From Chrysomallon squamiferum (Eukaryota; Animalia; Mollusca), in contig CM022673.1 of assembly GCA_012295275.1 (NCBI GenBank), positions 28,892,001 to 28,956,000 of the forward strand: a stretch of DNA of 64,000 bases. Reading direction: 5' to 3'. Below the pieces are notes generated by a model. That model ran no database searches and was not told the DNA's origin. It saw nothing but the letters and a program-made list of their open reading frames with translations. The position numbers were made by a program, and so were the translations under genes. Each line of letters begins with the position of its first letter. Position 1 is the first letter of the stretch. Below are positions 24,259-37,959 of this stretch, piece by piece.

Positions 24259-27200
24259 TTTTAATCTGCTGTATTAAATATATTTGGTGTCAGTAATATT
24301 TTGTGATTTATGTGACATTTTCTGTGAGAAGCAAAAACGATTGTAAAAATTGGTAATGTTAGTAGTAACATTTAACAGAAAAATAATTAAATTTTTATCA
24401 GTATTTATTTTGATGATCAGTCTACCACTACCAATATAAGTTCAAATAAATTTGTGTAGTAATTATTCTGTAGCTCTTGTCCAATTATCACATGCATTAA
24501 TAGATTATTATTATTACTGTTGTTATTGTTATTGTTGTTGTTGTTAATATTGAAGATAAAATTTGTAAAAAAAGTATAGAAAAGAAACAAACTACAGAAA
24601 ACTGACTTTGTTTGTGTGTGGATAAAAGAAAACATGCAGACATTAGAATTAGTTATATATTTTTAATTTCTGTTTCCAGGAATTGTAGGTGCAGGTATTG
24701 GAGGTGCCACTGCAGCATTCTATGCACGTCAGTTGTTTGGTGAAAAAGCAGTGATAGATGTTTTCGAAGCAACCCGAGTTGGAGGTCGCCTGGCTAACAT
24801 ACACATCGAGGGACAGGATTATGAAGCTGGTGGCACAGTGATCCACCCACGCAACAAGTACATGGTGAACTTTACAAAGATGTTTGGTTAGTCAAATTTA
24901 TTTTGTTTTAAAATTTAAAGTTACCTTTAATAATAAGATCCAAGCCCAAGTATCATGTACCAAAACATTTTGGATACTTCTGGTTGGATAAAGGGTTTGG
25001 TAGATACAGAATTTTTTGAGTTAACTCAAGTAGGAGAAAATATTTTTAAAATTATGCTCTGCTAAATATTATAACTGTTTTAATGACAACAGAAACATAG
25101 AATTTGACAGATATAATGTGAGACATGACTGCATCAGCCTAGAGCATTTTTAAAGTTTTTTTTCATCCAAATTATGAGATAACAATAAAGGAATGAAATA
25201 AAGTATTTAGTTTCTTTACTGGCTTATTAATTAACTGCTGCATTTCATTACTGCCAGAGAAAGAAATATATCAAATTTAGCTGACATATACTTTAAGTGT
25301 TAATAGAGTAATGATGTATAATTACTTCAAAAATGTATTTACTTGAGACCGAAAATCTTCTGATGCATTTTTTTTCTTCTTTTTTTTTCCACAGATCTAA
25401 CAAAGACAGGAACAACAGGACAAATAGGGCTATATGCCACTGATGGAATGCTGTTTGAATCAAGCTCTTGGAGCATGGTTACCATTGGCAAAATGATCTG
25501 GCGCTATGGATGGGACATGTGGAAGCTGGGAAACTGGATTAATAACCACATTGATAAATTTTCAAGGTATTTGTGGGCAGCTGTAGCTGGTGCCTAATTT
25601 TGATTTTCTACCCGTCCAGATTACATCTGTTTGATTTTTAGCTAGGAGTTTAAATTCTCATTTATTACTTTCATTTCTCTTCTTTTAGTATTAAGAAATT
25701 AGTCATAATTAACTGTTGTTTGTTTGAAGTTCTGTTAGAACAGCGTGTCTCAAGGTGATAAGTAAATATGTATATTTAAATGTATAAATATCTTACTCCA
25801 TTATAGAGTTCATCATAGTTCTATGAGCAGTAAAAAGTTCAGTTTAGGTGATGCCAAATTAAAAATTATTAAAGAGGAATTCTGAAAAACAAACAAACAA
25901 ACAATCAAACCAATAATGTTAAGATGCATTATGTTAGAAGATATATCATTATTAGTAGGCAGACTATTTTAGATCATAACATTTAATGGCACCTGGTCCT
26001 AGGCTTTCTCACAAATATGGACAAATTATTTACCAGATATTTTTAAATTTAGTACCTTTAACAGTATACATTTTCTTTTTCACTATTATGATTAGGCCAA
26101 AATTTGTTTTAAAAAATGATACTGATATACAATTACATCGAGAGAGTGTTAAACATTCTTTCTGTCAAAACAGTTGACTAATTTAACTTCCATAGACTGA
26201 TGAATAAGCTTATGTTAGAAATCTTAAGAAATTAAATAAACATATGGTAAGCTGTGTTTACAGAGGACATTTTCTCTTTTTAAGAATTTACAGCATCCAA
26301 GACAAGGGGATTGCATTCACTACCGTGGAAGATATTCTGAAATCAATGGACCCGTTGTTTGTAGAAATTACTAAGAAACCGTTGAAGACTTTCCTCAAAG
26401 AAGAAGGATTTGGTGACAGGTTTATAGATGAACTGGGAATGGGAGCAGTGAGAACTAACTATGGACAAACAACAGAAGCTCATGGATTCGTGGGCAAGTT
26501 TCAGTCGCATAGTTTTAATATTCCAGTGTTTAAACTGTTGTGAGACAGGTGTTAAAATATTTCTAATGATGACATGATGCATAAACACCAGAGATTGTGT
26601 TATAACTCACTGTATTGAGATTGCTAGAGTAGACATTACTGCTGAAGGAGCCATCAGAATTGTGACTCTTGTAGTGGAGGCTAAAACTACTCTAGAAATT
26701 GTAGAAGTTCATTAAGTCATATAAAAGCAAAGAAAGTAGAAAAATCATAGACCAGTTCAGCTGTGATACCTTCAGATATCAAGATTTTTTTGTTGTTAGT
26801 AGTTATCTATATTTTTGTCTGTGTTTTGTTAGAAGTTAGATATAAGTTTCTGATGGGGTTCTGTTAGTGACTGACTAAATTTTTACATCTGTCTTATTGT
26901 TTTTCAGGGATTGTGTCCTTAGCAGGAACAGCACCTGGTCTCTGGTCTGTAAAAGGAGGCAACAGGAAAGTTCCAGAGAATCTGATTAAAAATGCAAATG
27001 CCAATTTGTTGACACCTGCTAAAGTGACAAACATAATTCTGCAAAAAGACAGTGACGGAATAGTATCCTATGAAGTTCAGTACACAAACCCTGAGAAAAA
27101 AAACTCAGCTCGAGAATACGATATTGTAATCATTGCAGCGCCACTTCCTTCAGGTCAAACAAACATCAAATTTGAAGATTTCCCACAACCAGTGAGAGAG

Positions 27201-27716
27201 CCGCAAATGTCCATGCACAAGCTGGAACTGTTGTTTGTGTATGGTACACCTAACATCACAACATTTGGATACGATCACATTGACAGTTTTCCAGATGCAA
27301 TTTTATCGACAGATCCAAATTTGTTTTGGAACAGTTTCGGTAAACACAGTCCAACAGACAATGGTGAAGAATCTACTGAAAAGAAAAATGAGTGTGTTTA
27401 CAAAGTTGCTTTAAACCAGGTTCCCACTGAGCAACAAATCAAACTGTTGTTTAACAGTACTAAAGATATAAGAATTGTTAGCTGGGAATCATATCCAGAT
27501 TATTCACCGAACATGGAGTTGCCTTCATTTCTGCTGTATGACAGATTGTACTATATTAATGCTATAGAAAGTGCTGCTTCAACAATGGAAATGAGTGCCA
27601 TAGCTGGAAGAAATGTCGCTTTGTTAGCCTATAATCACTGGTACAGTTATTTAGACAAGATAGACGAAATTCACGATGAAAGTGCAACTTCCCCTGATGT
27701 GAATGAAGAATTGTAG
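23577..27716 (+). CDS. PCYOX1: Prenylcysteine oxidase 1-like (FAD-dependent), ~502 aa, 5 exons
   Basis: Exons 23577-23688 (signal peptide), 24680-24886 (Rossmann GIVGAGIGG, VGGRLA, YEAGGTVIHPRN), 25395-25566 (WRYG), 26285-26493 (NYGQ...GFVG) and 26908-27716 (LWSVKGGN, YDIVIIAAPL, LYYINAIESAASTMEMSAIAGRNVALLAY). C-terminus is KDEL-like NEEL. Total 1509 nt in frame; intron 4 is GC-AG. Confidence 0.95.
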
Positions 27717-29497
27717 TATGCTTGTTAGTGATGTTAATTTATATTTCTACTTGTTTACTTGAATGGTTAAAAGAATTCTGTTGGGTGCATGTGGTTTATT
27801 TTCTAACAATTCTGTTACGTAATGTTTGAAAGATGTTGAATGTGAGGTTATGGCATAATTTTAGTTTACACATATACTATAAGTGTTAATAGAGTAATGA
27901 TGTATAATTAGCTACTTTAAAAATGCATTTACTTGAATGTGAGGTTCTGGCATAATCAGCAATATTAGTAATTGATGTGTAATCATGCAGCTTGTATCAG
28001 TTACTGATGATATTGGATATTTGTTTTGGGGGTTTTCATCTGTATGTCATTGTTGTTATTAAGTTCTGGTTTTCATGGTTTAATTTGAAATCTTTAGTCA
28101 CTATACATATTAATGGGGGAGGGGGTTTCTGCATCTTTGCCGTAACTTGCCTTTTTGATTTTCTGTATTAAAGATAGCTAATGTAATGACTAATGGCCCA
28201 TATAAAAAATGTCTTTGAAATATAAATTATAAGTTTATAAACACATTATATGATTATATAGAAAAGTATTCTTTCACACAAACACACAAAGTAAGAAGAC
28301 TGGGTCAGTATATTTGTTTTGTGATTCAATTTATATTAATTATAATTACAGAACAATAAAATACTTTTTGGAAAATGTTCTACAAAAGGAATGGAATATA
28401 ACTTTATTATATTTGTACAGTGTTTTGAACTCTGCATTATCCTTTTGCACTTGCATTCTTGCACATAATATCATTCCAGCTTGCAGTTTACTTTAATAGT
28501 TGATGAACAGCATAATTTCCACATTGTGTACTTCAAAGAAACTCACTTGTCTTGGTCATAATATCCTGGACAATAACTGTAAAATCAAATACATAATATA
28601 CTGAAAAGAGTCAAATATTTCATGAAGAATCCAGTGATGAAATACTTCAGCTGTGACCAACTCACTTACAAGTTACACGTGTGTGTGTGTATACTCTTGT
28701 ATGTATACTCATTTTAAACAGGTATATGTTATTATTTGATATTTTGTCACACGTTTGTCAGATTATGTGGCTTACTCTAGTCATTTTATTATTTTACATA
28801 ATTGTTTTGAGTAATGTTGCTTGGCAGCTGTATGTATTGCAGGGTTTCACTGTACCCCTTATACCATGTACCAGTGTATCAATCAAAAGCCTTAATATAA
28901 TTTAATTAAATTTGCCATGTATTAAAAGTCATGTATTTTTTCTTTATGTAATTGAGAGCTTGTTTGCAAATGATCAAAGAATATATTTTTTTGAGTCAAT
29001 GGTGAATTATAAAGAGAGGCTATTTGTTAAAGTATATTTTATTTGGTTTTTGTATGTTCATCATATTGAGATTAAATTATAAACAAATGTAATTCCTTCA
29101 GAATCTGTTATTAATCATTTTTTATTTACAGATCATTTTATAAAGAGGTGTATTATTATTAAGAAATGAAAATTGTGAAAGTTTTGCTTTTCGTTTATAA
29201 GTGGTGAAATGTAAAAGTTTAAGAATCAATGCTCAGGTAAACATTTCTTCGTTTCTTTACAGCCATGCAGACATACTGTTAAATATCCAGCTTAAAAATT
29301 TCCAAGGTTTTTTGGTTGTAGATTTTTTTGTGGGATTTTTAAATTTTATTTAATATTTAAGCATAAAAGATTGCACAGCTTAATTAAAAATTTTTGTTAT
29401 TTTTAATTTATTTTTCACATGTTTTTCTATTTACATTTCTCTGTCAGAGTTCTACTGTGTGAACCCAGCACACTGATTCAGGTGCAAGTGATTTTTA

Positions 29498-29530
<33 letters not shown>

Positions 29531-29888
29531 GTAAGTAATATTGTAATTATTGTCTTATTTATTTATTTAATCCTTCTTCTCTTTTCTTTTAATCACATGA
29601 TTATTCATTTGTTTTTATTAAATAAACTCAATTCTAAATAAATTCATTATTATTTTATTGTTTGTGCTTATCACAGAACTGGACTGTATCTGAGTGATTA
29701 CAGAATGCTTGTTTGAATTTAATAACTTCTGGGATCAGTCTTTTAGTGTTCTCTCTGAATATGTTTCCAAGAAAGGTATAATCTCCCCTGACCATGAGAA
29801 GTATATAAAAGATATGCTTACCAGTGTTTAGACATAGCTTGGCTGCAATTATAATATTTTATTTTATTTTATTTTATTTTATTTTATT

Positions 29889-29955
<67 letters not shown>

Positions 29956-30808
29956 CACAATCTATATTTTAATTAGATTTATATGCAGTTATTTTATTTT
30001 ATTTTCTATTTTTAACTTTTTATTTTATTTTTAATTTTTATTATCATTATTTTTTTTCTCTCTCTCTTTTTGTTTCATTTTATTTTATTATTTTTATTAT
30101 TATTATTTTTTGGGATGAACATCGCATTCTGTATTTTAATTAGATTTATATGCAAAAATGACCTGATGTGAATATTAATCAGCTCCGTTAACAATTTTTT
30201 TTTTTTTGTCTCGAATCACTGACAGAAAATCACAGACTGCTTTGTTTATTCTGTTCCAATCAGGAAGTTTCTCACAACTATATCCGTCAAACACAGTTAT
30301 GTGTTTTGTGTGCTTCAGTTTGTAAACAAGTCCACAACAACCAATTAATAATGGCTATTTGGTCACTCTCACAGTGTTTGGTCGGAGTTTGACACATGAT
30401 TTGTTATTTGAATTCATCTGTTAATTCTTTGACACTGGGTGAGTGCAAATTAACCTAGACTGCCTGGGCATTGACTTATGTCCTTTTGTTAGTTTGGAAA
30501 TGTTTAGGTCAACGACATTTTAATTCATGCTATAAACAGCATTTTATAAATATGTACGACTCCAGGTGTGTTTAATAATCTGCGTAATAATCTACGTTTT
30601 TTTTTTCTGGATGTAGGTAGTGCAGGAAGTTTATTTTGAAATTTAGTAAACATCTGTATTTATTGATTGTAATAATTATGACGTATTATGAGAGTCAAAA
30701 CCTTCTTTCAGCTGATTACTTTGTAGCGAGCGAGTGAAATAAAATCGTTCAAATTTAGTAACTTTTTTATTTATTTTGTTTACCTTTTCTTTGTCTTCTT
30801 TCTTTCTT

Positions 30809-30847
<39 letters not shown>

Positions 30848-31047
30848 GAGACTTGTTTGTTTCTTATTTTAGCCCTTAAATCCGGTTCGTTTTGGGAATT
30901 CTGTAAACCAGGTTATCACTCATTGCAGCTTGCACATGTTCCCAAATGGTGCCGCGAAGTTTTGATTATAGGAAAGTTGCTCACCGGACATTTACGCACT
31001 GCGCAGCTGCTCGCCACGGAAGTGTTTACACATGACAGTTTCTTTTA

Positions 31048-32133
31048 TTAGAACATATAGTGAAATAACATAACATAATTCTCTAAGATCATAAGATTCT
31101 TACATTTGTACTCGATTTGACATTGTTGTTCCAGTAACTGGGTTATTCTAACTGATGGGAAAATTGCAAACAAAATCTCATGAAATCTTTGGATATATAC
31201 TCCATCCGAGCAACTCCCATCCAAGTAATTCAAATGCAGGGTTTTTCTGATTGCCTGTTTTTAAAGTTCTTTATGCTATGCATCAGTCAGCTCTACTACA
31301 AATCTGAACTGTTTGGGGAGTACACAGTATAGGGACTTCAAAGGTATATGGAGATGATCAAATGGTTTATTCCAGATTCTGGCATTCCTGAATCTGGCAG
31401 TGAGATTATAACACATCTTAATTGGACACGCCAGTTGTTCCATTTCTGGCAGTTTATTTCTCACCCTTACTAATTGATGTTCCGTCACCTTAATCGATGG
31501 CCCCTCACCTTAACTGATGTACTTCTGTTAAACTGTATTTTGTCCACAATTTGTAGGACAATCAGTCACATCCACTTACATAGTCTCAGACTCGTAAAGT
31601 CTTCTAAAATCAGCACCAGTACCAAACACGATGATTCTACTCTCCACCTGCACGTCATCCACAAGGACAAAATCGGATCCCAACTCCGTCTTGGTCCACT
31701 CGCCTTCCAGGTGTAAATCCATGGCTGCCTTTGGAGTTTGCGTAGCCTTTTTCGCTCTCTGTCTGTACAAGCTGGATTTGATGTCATCAAACATACTCAG
31801 CTTGGAAGCTATGTCCTGTGGTCTTGCATCTCCACACCCGGTCAACAACTTCTTCCTCTCCTCTTCATATATCTTTGGGATACTGGTCAGCTCCTCCCGT
31901 GCTCGCTTCCGCATGGTGTTGGTCAGTAGGTGGACAGCAACTTCGCTCTCATCCGAGGAATGGATGTGGTCTTTACCTCTCCTGACCACAGTCCCATCAG
32001 GTGTAGTAGTCACGGTGGAAAGGCACCTAGAATACAAACATCTCCATGGTACTGTACCATTCTTCTTACTAATCCGCCGTGCATACCTATATCCATCAAG
32101 TATGAGGTCCGCACCTGGTTTTCTGCCGTCCAA
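31048..32133 (-). mobile_element. Decayed Mutator-like (MULE) transposase with N-terminal FLYWCH zinc finger
   Basis: LILDGYRY...WRC...C...DHIH is a FLYWCH pattern, followed by RIIVFGT. A stop at 31576-31578 lies just before VDVT, the expected position of the catalytic (M/V)DGTF. Frameshifted remnants downstream read SLYCVLPK (PLVYCLLP motif), AIFPSVRI and LFHY (GCxFH motif). No TIRs recognised. Confidence 0.8.
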
Positions 32134-33904
32134 AATTTCTCTTTTATATAAGTCGTTATCTCCGAATCTTTAATTCGGAGAGAATGACTTACACATATAT
32201 CGAAGTAAACAAGGTAAAAAGATATAGAGACTATAAGTAATAGCAGCAAATTTCCTTATTATGAACCTTTTCATAGACACGAAAACACATACTTCAACCA
32301 CTGGACGACTGCTGAAGTAGACAAAATTTCCACTAGAAGAGGAAATTTCTTAAGATAATGAATTACATATCCCATGTTGCTGACTTCTGTTCCATAAAAG
32401 CGGGTGTTGATGAAATGGGATGGCGTCTAATCAGGAAGTAGACTAAATTTAGAGTGTTAAGCGCTCAACTGAATATTTGTCAAAAACCATTATTTAACTG
32501 CTACTCAACATGCAGAAATAGCTGTCGCGACAGCACGAACGAATTTGGACCGCTCGCTGCGTTTTGACATTTCACTGCTAGTAAAGCTTTGCTTACTGTT
32601 GCGGCAAGTGCTAATGCTATCTAGTTATACACAATAATTGGACAAATGACCAATTCATGAAAAGAAACTGCAACTAACGTCGAGCAAAAATACAAAATTA
32701 ATGATGGAAATAACAGTATAGTGAAATGATTATCAACATTTGGGCGGGGGAATGACAAGAAGAATCGGCTGAAACGACGTTGATGAACAAATGGTAATCT
32801 GCGTTAATAACTTAATAGTTTAATAATTGTGACTTTTCTCTCTCGTTTAGTAATTTGTCTGGATGGTATGAGAATTAAATAAATATCAATAACAGTGTCC
32901 AGGATAAGCGTGAAGATGTTGTTTTTAACAAGTATTTCGTTACACGTTAACCAGAATGTAGGCGATTCTGAATGTTTCTCGCGTGCTAGAAAGTAAATCT
33001 TTTAAAATTCAAAATAGTTTAGTCCTCAGTAATTTAAATAAACATTAAAAGTCTAAAATTGTAATATCGTCAGATTTATGTGAAATTAGCACTCAGAAAT
33101 TAGCCATACAGTCTTAAACTGGTTATACACATTTCATCTTGTTTTTTAATTCTTGTTTATTTTATTTTATTTATTATTTTTTTTTTTTTTTAAACATGAA
33201 ATTAATAAGAAGATTTCTTTTTTTAGAGTGTTCCTGCATTTAGGACAACTATTTAAATATTTTAGATGTTTTAGAGTTATTTTTTTTTCTAGAGCATTTT
33301 CTTTCAAAAAAGGAATTTCTTTCTACATTTCTTTGATATTTTGTTACATTAGCATGCAATTTCTGTGTCGTCAAATTCTTTTAGGAAATATGTCTGCTAC
33401 GTGTTTTTAACGTTAATGAAAAAGAAGAATGTTTCTCAGTTATTGAATTTCTGGCCTAATACGTGATGGGTCCCCAGATCGAACCTCATCATCGTGCTTA
33501 ACCGGATATTATTTCATTCACTGGCAGCATGAACATTTTTCTAAGACAATAATAATAAAAATAATAACTTAAAGAGATGTAGAGATGTCTCGAAGATTAA
33601 AACGTGAAAATATTCTTGGACAATGTTATGGAATTTCTCTTTCATCGTCTGACATTCAAAAGCTGTCCAAAAAATTGCGTTTAAGTAACTTTAGCAATAT
33701 TAGGATGTCACAGATCCATTAAATCAAATTAAAGTAACACTCTAAATGAAATGTGTGTCCAGTTCTCAGCAGATACGTCTGACAAACAGAGCTTTTCTTT
33801 GTAAAATTGATTTTTGTCCTTAATCTGTATCAGCCGGTATTTTTTTTTTTTTTTTTTTTTTTTCATTAATTGATTTCCAGAACGACCGCTCTCACCTTCA
33901 CCTA

Positions 33905-33940
<36 letters not shown>

Positions 33941-34957
33941 ATATACGTTATTCAATATTTTGATTTACTTTTTCATGTAATAATTTACAATAATATAATG
34001 CAATCACTATATGTTTAAAATTTCATAATTATTCTGCAGCAAACAGTAAAAATAGATCTTTATACAATATTACAACAAAAAAAAAAAAAAAAAATAAAAA
34101 AAAAAAAAAAAAAAAAAAAAAATTCATGGAGCTTAAAAGAAAAGTATGTGCAAGGGAATTGTCATTAAAATCTGAATTCCATATTCAGCAGCGAGAGTTA
34201 AAAATATCTATGAAAGATTAAATTCCACTTTCTTGAGCTAAAAGAAAAAATACAAATAACATAATTGTTCTGTAGCTAACGATAATAACTGAAATAACTG
34301 AATCTTTGTAAATATTTAAATTGTTTATTCTACTGCTATCAACAAAAAAATACATATTTTGTTAAGATTTTACTGTGTCTGTATGACAGCAAAACTTTAA
34401 AGTAATTGAATCTTTGTTGGGTTTTAAATGAAATCCTTTCAAGAAAAGAAAACAACAATTCTCTTTTTACGTTAAAGCTATAATAGTACATTTTTCATTG
34501 AATGCCAAAAAAAAAAAAAAAAACACCTATAATTTTTTTATGGAGATAAATCTATTAAAACGGTTTTTTCGTTGTGTTTTGGGTGGGTGTGTGGGTGTTA
34601 TTTTCATTGTAAGAAAATCATCAGATTCTTTTATTTTTTTAATTGAGATAATGTTAGTTATCATCTAAACATCTAATTTGTTGCACCTTTCTGATTTTAG
34701 TATCAGTGAAAAACATTTAAATACTATATTAATTTAAATTCAGTTTAAAACAAATAACTGCAGATTTAATAAAGGCAAAACAAATTTAGGTTTATTAATA
34801 AGTGAAGAAAACTATATATTTTTGCTTGAGGGGGTGGGGTTAATTTCTTTTGTCTCGCTTTACTTCTAAAATGTAACTTAATTTTGTTTTATTATTATCA
34901 TCGCCAACATCATTTATTTATTTATTATTATTACCATCATAATCATCATTATTGTAC

Positions 34958-35031
<74 letters not shown>

Positions 35032-35598
35032 AGATTAGTAGTAGTATAATTTCATATTTTACCTAGAAACAAACGCAACTATATACTTCCATTTATTAGA
35101 AGAGATTAGCAATAATTGCATTTCCAACGGAAAGAACAGTGTTTTTTTGTGACACTCTTTCAGAATCAGTTAACGTTATTAAAGCCATTTTAACATCAAT
35201 CACTCACAGATTTTCAATTTCATAAAAACTGACTGAAATATTATACTTGAAACAGAATACAGATGCTAAAACGTTAGGTTAATTATTTTCAAAGAACATC
35301 ACGTTATCCCCATTTGATCAATCATTTACCGAAAGTAGGTCATCAGGGGCGAATCTAATTGTTTTCTCATAACAATATGAAATACCCATTTTAGCAGTCT
35401 ATTACTGAGTGTAGGTCACCAGTGGCCGATCCATTGACATAGAATGTCACTATATCACTATTTTGTGAATTATAAAATTGATAGTAGATTATCAGGGGGC
35501 GGATGTAGAGGGAGGGTTCTAAAATAAGAAATACTTCCGGTACCAATCATTCCGGATAAAGAATTCTCAACCTGTTTTACATTATATAAAATCTGTTG

Positions 35599-35664
<66 letters not shown>

Positions 35665-36426
35665 CTTATTTATTTATTTTATTTTTATTATTTTTTTTAA
35701 TATTACTTTTAATGACCTTGACATTACACGGAACGCTTCAACAAATTAAACTATTGTGTCTGTAAAGGGTAACATTCTTTTCTTGATCATTAGTAAAAAG
35801 TAATTAATTAATTTTTTTGTTCATGAGGTCAGTGCGATTTGTTTTCGTACTTATCTTTATGACAAAAGGTTTGAAATAGAAATGTTGTGTTTTTTTAAAC
35901 CTTCATTCTGAAGATTACTGCACTCGTTGATGATTCGCTATTCTATAATCAGAAATTCCAACAATTTTTATTTCTATTTATCTTTACCGAGCTGTAATAG
36001 TTAAAGTGCATGGCTGAAAGTTGCTGATAAATACACGTCATCTTTCGGTAAATTAAATCTTAAAACAGCTTAAAACGATCAAAATGTTCACTGCGAATTT
36101 GAAATAAAATCATTAGTTATACAGTCTGTAATACTAGTCTTCATTTTGATATAACTAAATTTTCTGAAAGTGCTGTTCATAAAAAAATTCTTTGAATTGG
36201 ACAAATTTACATTATGTGACATAAAAAACGAAAAAGCGAAAAAGAAAAAAATAAGCATTAAAATAACATAATTATTAAAAAAGGAGAAAAAGCGAAAATT
36301 TTTTATTTTATTGTGAATGTTTGTTTTTTTGCATTCTTCTCGTTTGGCATATAAAATGTTATAAAAAATATTTTATGGGAAAAAAATTTCTTTACGAAAG
36401 TTATAAAATTAATAAAAATAAGAATA

Positions 36427-36462
<36 letters not shown>

Positions 36463-37404
36463 ATTTAATTTGCGAACTATAAAGCATCAAACATACTATA
36501 AACTTTAAAATAATAACAACAAATAAATAAATAAATAAATAAATAAACGTTTCATCCAGACAAAGCTGCAGCAAACAGCAGCATGCTCCTTTTCAGTGAC
36601 TGAGCCATGTTGGACATCGCCTGCTCTCCGCGGTAAAGATACAGTACGGTTAAGTGTCAAATAGTTTTGGACAGTGTTAAAAATCTATTGAAATTACTTT
36701 CAAATACAGTTTCCTAGAGAAATTGTATTTAAGTAAGTTCAATAGGATTATGATGTCACGGATGGATTAAATCAGATTAAAGTAACACTGAAATGTGTGA
36801 GCAGGCATGTCTGACAAACACCTTTTCTTTGTAAAATTGATATAGTTTTTATAATATAGGTTTAATTTTTTTTTTTTTTTTTTTTTTATTCCTCAAAATG
36901 AATAGATCGAATAGTGTTTTGCATTCTTTGATGAAAACTGAGATGCCTTTCGTTGCTGCGCCTGAAAATACTTTATAAGTGGTAGCGACGCCTAGAAAAA
37001 GGGAAGCAGTCCACTTTGAATTTACCAGCAAAATGACACTGAGAAGGATTTACATTGGATAAAAACTTGGACATTATTATTCATTGTGCATTTGCTCTCT
37101 TTCTTTTTCTTTCATATTCATGCTAATCATTAAGTATCACTTCGGCGTGAAACAACAATTATGAAAAATCAGATTGAAAAGAAAACGAAAGCAGAGCAGT
37201 CTTTTATTTTTTACTTTTTTTTTTATGAATTCATGAAAAAAATGGAAATACAGACATCAGAAGAAGAAGAAAATAATATATGTATATAAAAAAAAAAAAA
37301 AAAAAAAAAAAAATTAAACCAAAAATAATAATAATGATAAAAATGGAAAGTGTAAAGAAACAAGTAAGAAAGAAAGAGGAATCATGGAAAGAATTAAGAA
37401 AAAC

Positions 37405-37730
37405 TGAATGACGTAATAGAGGTTTTTCACATTCCACTGCGCATGTGCCCGTTGTTGGGTAATTCGAGGACGCAAATCGCGAGATACTGCAAGATCTCGC
37501 GAATCCCGCCAAAAGTGCCCTACTTGCGAACTGGTGGGCAGAAACAATAACGTTGTTTTGGGAGGTTATGACCATTGCTCAGTTGTTAACTGTTCCAGTC
37601 GTAGAGGTTCGGGAATTGCATATCGGAAACGTTTTTGTGAGTAATCGCTTCACATAGAAATGAAAAACATTTTAATATTACTGTAAGCACGAGGGTTTGT
37701 TCGGCACATTTTTTTAGGCGGGAAGCCGTG
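37405..37730. promoter_or_regulatory. CpG-rich promoter-like element with E2F, TCTCGCGA, NRF1-like and CRE-like motifs
   Basis: TGACGTAA 37409-37416, TGCGCATGTGC 37438-37448, inverted pair TCGCGAGA 37477-37484 / TCTCGCGA 37495-37502, TCCCGCCAAAA 37504-37514, TTTAGGCGGGAA 37713-37724. CpG density is high in an AT-rich background. Confidence 0.6.
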
Positions 37731-37959
37731 AACGACAAGAAATATATGGACTATATACCCACCCTGAATATGGGACGGGAAATTGTTACAACACCTGCGA
37801 TAACAAAAATACAAATGAAATTAATGACATGCTTCAGATAACAAGAGAGAACAATAGTTTCAGTTATATTCTTAATTATTCACTATACCGTAACAAGTTG
37901 AGGTTTTGTTCCAAAATACTTGGAAGGGGTTGTACAAGTATGTAGGTGTTTGTGTGAGT

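Noticed and set aside
26566-26650. Box C/D snoRNA candidate in PCYOX1 intron 4 (ATGATGA...CTGA)
   Set aside because: Only a weak 4-bp terminal stem and no rRNA/snRNA antisense element that I can recognise; such boxes arise by chance.
31631-32173. 180-aa + strand ORF
   Set aside because: Antisense shadow of the MULE/FLYWCH ORF, with no motif of its own.
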